A stretch of 63,747 nucleotides of DNA, filler included, from Klebsormidium nitens (Eukaryota > Plantae > Klebsormidiophyceae), in the NCBI GenBank assembly GCA_000708835.1. It is 6 parts of 6 records of this genome, joined end to end, with 100 filler letters (N's around TTAATTAATTAA, not from the genome) between each part and the next. Parts side by side here need not be neighbours in the genome. Positions count along the whole stretch, not along the records: positions 59,451 to 61,990 come from DF238672.1; positions 62,091 to 63,747 come from DF237256.1; 4 more parts are not named here. One strand, 5' to 3'. The notes under the pieces were generated by a model. That model did no database searches and was not told the DNA's origin. It saw only the letters and a list, made by a program, of their open reading frames with translations. Below, in pieces: positions 59,451 to 63,747 of this stretch. Both the position numbers and the translations under genes were made by a program. Position 1 is the stretch's first letter, and each line of letters begins with the position of its first letter.

Positions 59451-61990
59451 GAGGGCTCGCGCGACATCCTCGTCATCGCCGATCCCAAGCGTAACGCGGT
59501 CTTTGCAAAGTGCGACAGCACGCGTCTGGACTCAGTGACGGGCGTGTGCTGCAAGGGGCTGCCCGCGCGGTACCTGGGCCCGTTCTACGTGGACGTCGAG
59601 ACCTGGAAGGACGGGGCGGTGGAGGTGAACATGCGGTACCTGGAGCGGAAGCCGCTGGCCGCGGCGCCCATGGACCTGCAGCTGATTCGCGGCGGGTTCC
59701 AGGAGCTGACGGACATGGTCGTTCTCAACGACGTTCTCAACAAGTGAGTGTCAGAGCTCGTTAGGCCCTACTAAAAGACCCAACTCTTTGCTTGAGAGCG
59801 TCTTTCGCGAGATGTGGTCCGACCCGTTGGTGAACCAGGCCGAACTTTTCCTCCATTCAGAGGCATATGGCAAGCAGTCTGGCCATTTTTGTTGGACCGC
59901 ATCCTGCCAATGACTCTTATGAACTGTTCGAGATAGTCTTGCGCAAGGTGTGGTCCAGTCCTTTCGCCAGTCAGGCCGTCCATCCTCCCCTTTCTTGTTC
60001 AAACGGCTCAAGCACTTTTGCCCTTTGTCGGACCACGCCGTGTCAGTGATTCTTAACCGTTGGGGAGAGCCTTGTGCAAGGTGTGTCTACTTGCGCAGAT
60101 CAGATTGGTCGTTGAAAGGCTTATGACAATCAGTTTCTAGTCGACAGTCAGTTCTTCGTTAACTGGACCGCACCTTCTCAATGTTTTAAAGAAACTGTTG
60201 GAGAGAATCAGACCCAAGGTGTGGTCCAGCCCGTCCGTAGATCAGGTCGGCCATTCAGGCCATTGAAGAACATGCGGCAATCATTTCTGGTTCCTGGACC
60301 ACACTCTGTCAATGTTTATAAGGACTCCCCCTCTTCTCTGAGCCGAGCCTAGCGCAAGGTGTGGTTCACTCGTGCAAATCAGATTGGCCATGAGGGCCGT
60401 TCAAAGGGTTCTGACAATTGGGTTTTAGTTGACAATCAGTTTTTAGTTGACTGGACCGCACTCTGTCAATGTGGTCCAGTCGTGCAGATCAGATCGGCCG
60501 TCGTTCAGGCCGTTCAAAAGGCTTCTGGCAATCAGTTAGATTTAGTTGACAATCAATGTTTATTAAAGAAACCATTGAGAGAGAATCTGGCCCAAGGTGT
60601 GGTCCAGCCCGTCCGTAGAACGGACCGGCCATTCAGGCCATTGAAGAACATGCGGCAATCAGATTTGGTTCACTGGACCACACCCTGACAATGTTTATAA
60701 AGGACCCCCCTCTTTTCTGAGCCGAGCTTTGTGCAAGGTGTGGTCCAGTCTTGTGTGATGCTTCTGAACTGGCTTCTTTCTTGGTGGTTGTGTGAGCGGC
60801 TTTTCAAGGCAGATCGACGCTTATGAAGGACGTTGCAGGTCAATGCTTTCACAAATGGGACAACACAGTCGCCTTGGCTGAGCACTTGAACCCGCAGGTT
60901 TACTTTCAGCTGGCTCATGCAAAAGCGACTCCTCTTTGCAGGTGGCAGACTGGCCGCTACAAGGCGGCGCTGATCAGGAGCCCATGGACACTGCAAAATC
61001 GACGACCACCCGGGCCATCCTCCAGGAGCCCCCCCGACCAGAGACGGCCCTCGCGATCACCTACCGACAGACACAAGCCAGCGATGCAGCTGGAAAGAAC
61101 CCTGATTTTGCGCACTACGGCGAATTAAAAACGAAACGGGGGCGCGAGGTCGGGGAGCGCTTCATTGAGCCTCTCGCCGACAGGGAGCTCTATCCGCACG
61201 TCATCTGCCAGGTCGACAGCCTGCGTGGGCTCGTGGGCAACGACGCGCCCGTTCCGGCCTTTGACCTGGTCATTCTCGACGAGAGCGAGTCCATTCTCGC
61301 GCACCTCTCGGCCGACACCCTGTCGGTGAGAACCGTCATCATCCGGCTGATTGCCGAGCTGCTTCGCCGCGCGCGCAGGGTCATCTGCCTGGACGGACAT
61401 CTGGGGCAGCGGACCTTCGACTTCCTGACGCTGCACGGGATCCGCTGTTCCCCCGTGATCATCAACAAGCACGTGCCGAAGCGGCCTCTCCAGTTCGAGT
61501 TTCTTGAGGGGCGGGCTGGGCTCCAGCTGTGGGAGAGCGCGATCTTTGAGGCGCTCGAGGCCGGTCAAAACGTGTTTGTGGCCAGCATGTCGTCGGACAG
61601 GGCGCGGAGTCTGGGAAGTGCGGTGGCAGAGCGGGGGCTTGTGGACGAGGGACAGATTCTCGTCATCACGCGGCACTCTGATGGGGAGGTGAAGCGGGGC
61701 CTTGGGAATGTGAACGAGAGCTGGGCAAAGCGGCTCGTCATCATCAGTCCCACGGTGGAGGCAGGGGTGGACTTCAATCGGTCATGGTTCCACAAGATGT
61801 TCATTTACATCTGCAAGAAGAGCACGCACCCGCGCGGGCTTGACCAGATGAAGGGGCGGGTCCGGCAGCTGGTCGACCCCGTGGTCCTGTGCTTTGTCAG
61901 GAAGGGCATCAAGCTGCCGACGACGGGGCCAGAGGGAAGCGGGTACAGGACTGTGATGGGGAAGAATGCGGGACGGGTCCCGAGGCTTGG
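59451..61990 (+). CDS. Spliced UL9-like origin-binding SF2 helicase; partial (gaps at both ends) with a 1-nt frameshift near 60982
   Basis: Exon 59451-59743, intron 59744-60941, exon 60942-61990. Motifs IRS/PMDTAKST (I), LAITYR (Ia), ICQVDSL, DLVILDESESIL (II), VICLDGHL (III), ISPTVEAGVDF (V), QMKGRVRQL (VI). Confidence 0.8.
59945..60750. repeat. Array of ~135-140-bp palindromic units AAGGTGTGGTCCAG...CTGGACCACACYCT inside the UL9-like intron
   Basis: Left arms at 59945, 60078, 60216, 60356, (60470), 60594, 60735; right arms at about 60028, 60163, 60294, 60451, 60673; 60185-60345 is duplicated at 60563-60725. Confidence 0.9.
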
Positions 61991-62266
61991 NNNNNNNNNN
62001 NNNNNNNNNNNNNNNNNNNNNNNNNNNNNNNNNNTTAATTAATTAANNNNNNNNNNNNNNNNNNNNNNNNNNNNNNNNNNNNNNNNNNNNGAAGGATGTC
62101 CTGAGGGACTCGTCCAACAAGAGGACAGAAGTTGTCTTGAGCAGAAAGACGACAATTTTTCTGAGCTGCGCCATCGCTTGAGAACGCCTGCTTTCATGGT
62201 TTCCGCACATGTTAGCTGATCGTGTGTAGTTATCCTGCCAGCTCCCTGCATATAGCTGGCCAACCA

Positions 62267-63040
62267 TCACACAGAAACCTTTAGCCTTGACCGGAAACCA
62301 GACCGTCCCGGTTCCACAGTGACTCCAAACTTTCGAGACACGGAAACAACATTCTCATCAGACACCGGATTGACAGGCAACGAGGCGGATTCTGGCCCAC
62401 CACCCTCATTCTGACAAGATACTTTCTCCTCCACAGCCGACTTACCCTGTATTGAATCAAAGCACCTCTCTGCGTACACACGTTCATCTTCACCCATGCA
62501 CACTCCGTCAGGAAAATTGAGCGCTCGTCGGCGCGCGCCAGCTGCTACAAGCTTCCGCACAACGTAATCATATGCCCGCGCAGCACGCTCCTCACTAGCA
62601 AACTGCCCAACTCTGTATCGCTTCCCAGAAACCTGACAGCTTATCCCGAATGTGCCCTTATAACGGCAGATTCCTTTGTACCTCAAACTTGCCTGACGAG
62701 ATTTAGAGGAGGCCTGCTTTGCCGTAGAATGGACATCAGCGCTTGTTACAGATCCACCCACGCTGCCAGACGTTGTGACAGTCTCAGCTACCACGAAAGC
62801 GCCCGCAAGATCTGCATGCCTAAAGTTGGAAGACATATATATCATCTCCCCAGCGTGCACGCCCACGCTTACGCGTCTAGTCAGCAAGTCTTTCACCGCA
62901 TAGCCTTCCTCCTCTCCAAGCCAACTGACCACTTCTCCTGAGACGCTATCAAACCGCCCATCAAAACTAGTTGCAATGACCCAGCGCTCCAAGATTACAG
63001 CTGGACCATAACGGTCAACATCATCGCTAGGAGACGCCAT
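62267..63040 (-). CDS. Intronless AP2-domain protein
   Basis: AP2 domain at about 62510-62689: RYKGICRYKGTFGISCQVSGKRYRVGQFASEERAARAYD...LNFP. ATG at 63040 (frame open from GTG at 63100). Confidence 0.75.
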   Translation of the reverse strand: MASPSDDVDRYGPAVILERWVIATSFDGRFDSVSGEVVSWLGEEEGYAVKDLLTRRVSVGVHAGEMIYMSSNFRHADLAGAFVVAETVTTSGSVGGSVTSADVHSTAKQASSKSRQASLRYKGICRYKGTFGISCQVSGKRYRVGQFASEERAARAYDYVVRKLVAAGARRRALNFPDGVCMGEDERVYAERCFDSIQGKSAVEEKVSCQNEGGGPESASLPVNPVSDENVVSVSRKFGVTVEPGRSGFRSRLKVSV

Positions 63041-63747
63041 ACTGCGCACCACGGCAAGCAGCACATCTGCAAAAACCGCGCTGTCACAAGCGCCCCTCAC
63101 GATTGATCTCCCAACCTAGTACGGCAAGCTTTTCGGCGCGCCGAGAGTACAGCAGCGCGCATGCACGAGCCAATACAAACAAAAGACACATCGCCGATCA
63201 CCCGCATCGCCAGGAAGCAGAACATCGAACGTCATATATCAGTTTCGAAGGACCACGTGACAAATGCATGCTACGATAACCCTCGATTTCTCGCTAGAAA
63301 GCGGCGACAATGCAAACAAGCAGACCAACGCTTTCCCTGCCCGAAGTACTGTCAATCGGGCCCGCGTCCGCCGATCGTCGGGTGCCCAGGCCACATTAGC
63401 GGCTCGACAGGAGCCTCCGTGTGACATTTAATGCGCATTTAAAATTAACTTCAGTTCAGTCGCCCGACACAAGTCTGACCTCAGCTTTCTGAGGCGACGC
63501 AGCCTACTAGGCGGACCGACAATGGTCGCCGTCAGAGTTGCGAAAGTTCGATGCGAAATCCAGCAACCGCGCCGCTCAGCGCGCCAGTCTCATACAAATG
63601 TAATACGTTTGATGGGGGCCTTTCTCTTTTTTCCTGTACATTTTATCGTCGGACGCCCGCCAATTAAGCTAGGTCAAAGCGCCTTGATCGTCAGGCCCGC
63701 GCCGCGGCGTCGTACAGTGCCCGGGATTGTACCGAACCCTATGTCTC

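Noticed and set aside
59945-60750. CRISPR array
   Set aside because: The spacers are homologous to each other, the repeats are short inverted arms, no cas genes are present and the context is a eukaryotic intron.
1-63747. tRNA, rRNA or other structured RNA genes
   Set aside because: None recognisable by eye; a covariance-model scan was not possible.

Overview
Eukaryotic nuclear DNA with GT-AG spliceosomal introns. The gene set (Egt1, plant-type WDR6, AP2 domain, kangaroo-like DIRS) suggests a green alga or streptophyte such as Klebsormidium; this is inference only. Five artificial 100-bp gaps (44 N + TTAATTAATTAA + 44 N) split the window into six contigs, so adjacency across gaps is unverified. 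Contents: (1) the 3' half of a DIRS/PAT-like tyrosine-recombinase retrotransposon with an inverted YR ORF and 137-bp split direct repeats; (2) a virus/satellite-like replication-integration module at 4.8-15.4 kb, made of an in-frame 10-exon D5/SF3 helicase gene, an origin-like AT-rich palindrome plus ~105-bp repeats, an intronless PLV/virophage-type tyrosine recombinase, a small divergent ORF and an intronless Prim-Pol/Zn-finger/D5 paralogue cut by a gap, with no capsid or packaging ATPase visible; (3) a 10-exon fungal-type Egt1 ergothioneine synthase fusion; (4) several unassigned spliced genes and a 3.47-kb TIR element whose introns carry hairpin repeats; (5) a 10-exon WDR6/Trm734-like host gene; (6) a spliced herpes UL9-like origin-binding helicase with a palindrome array in its intron, next to an AP2-domain ORF. 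Exon models were assembled by eye and checked for phase consistency. No database searches were run.
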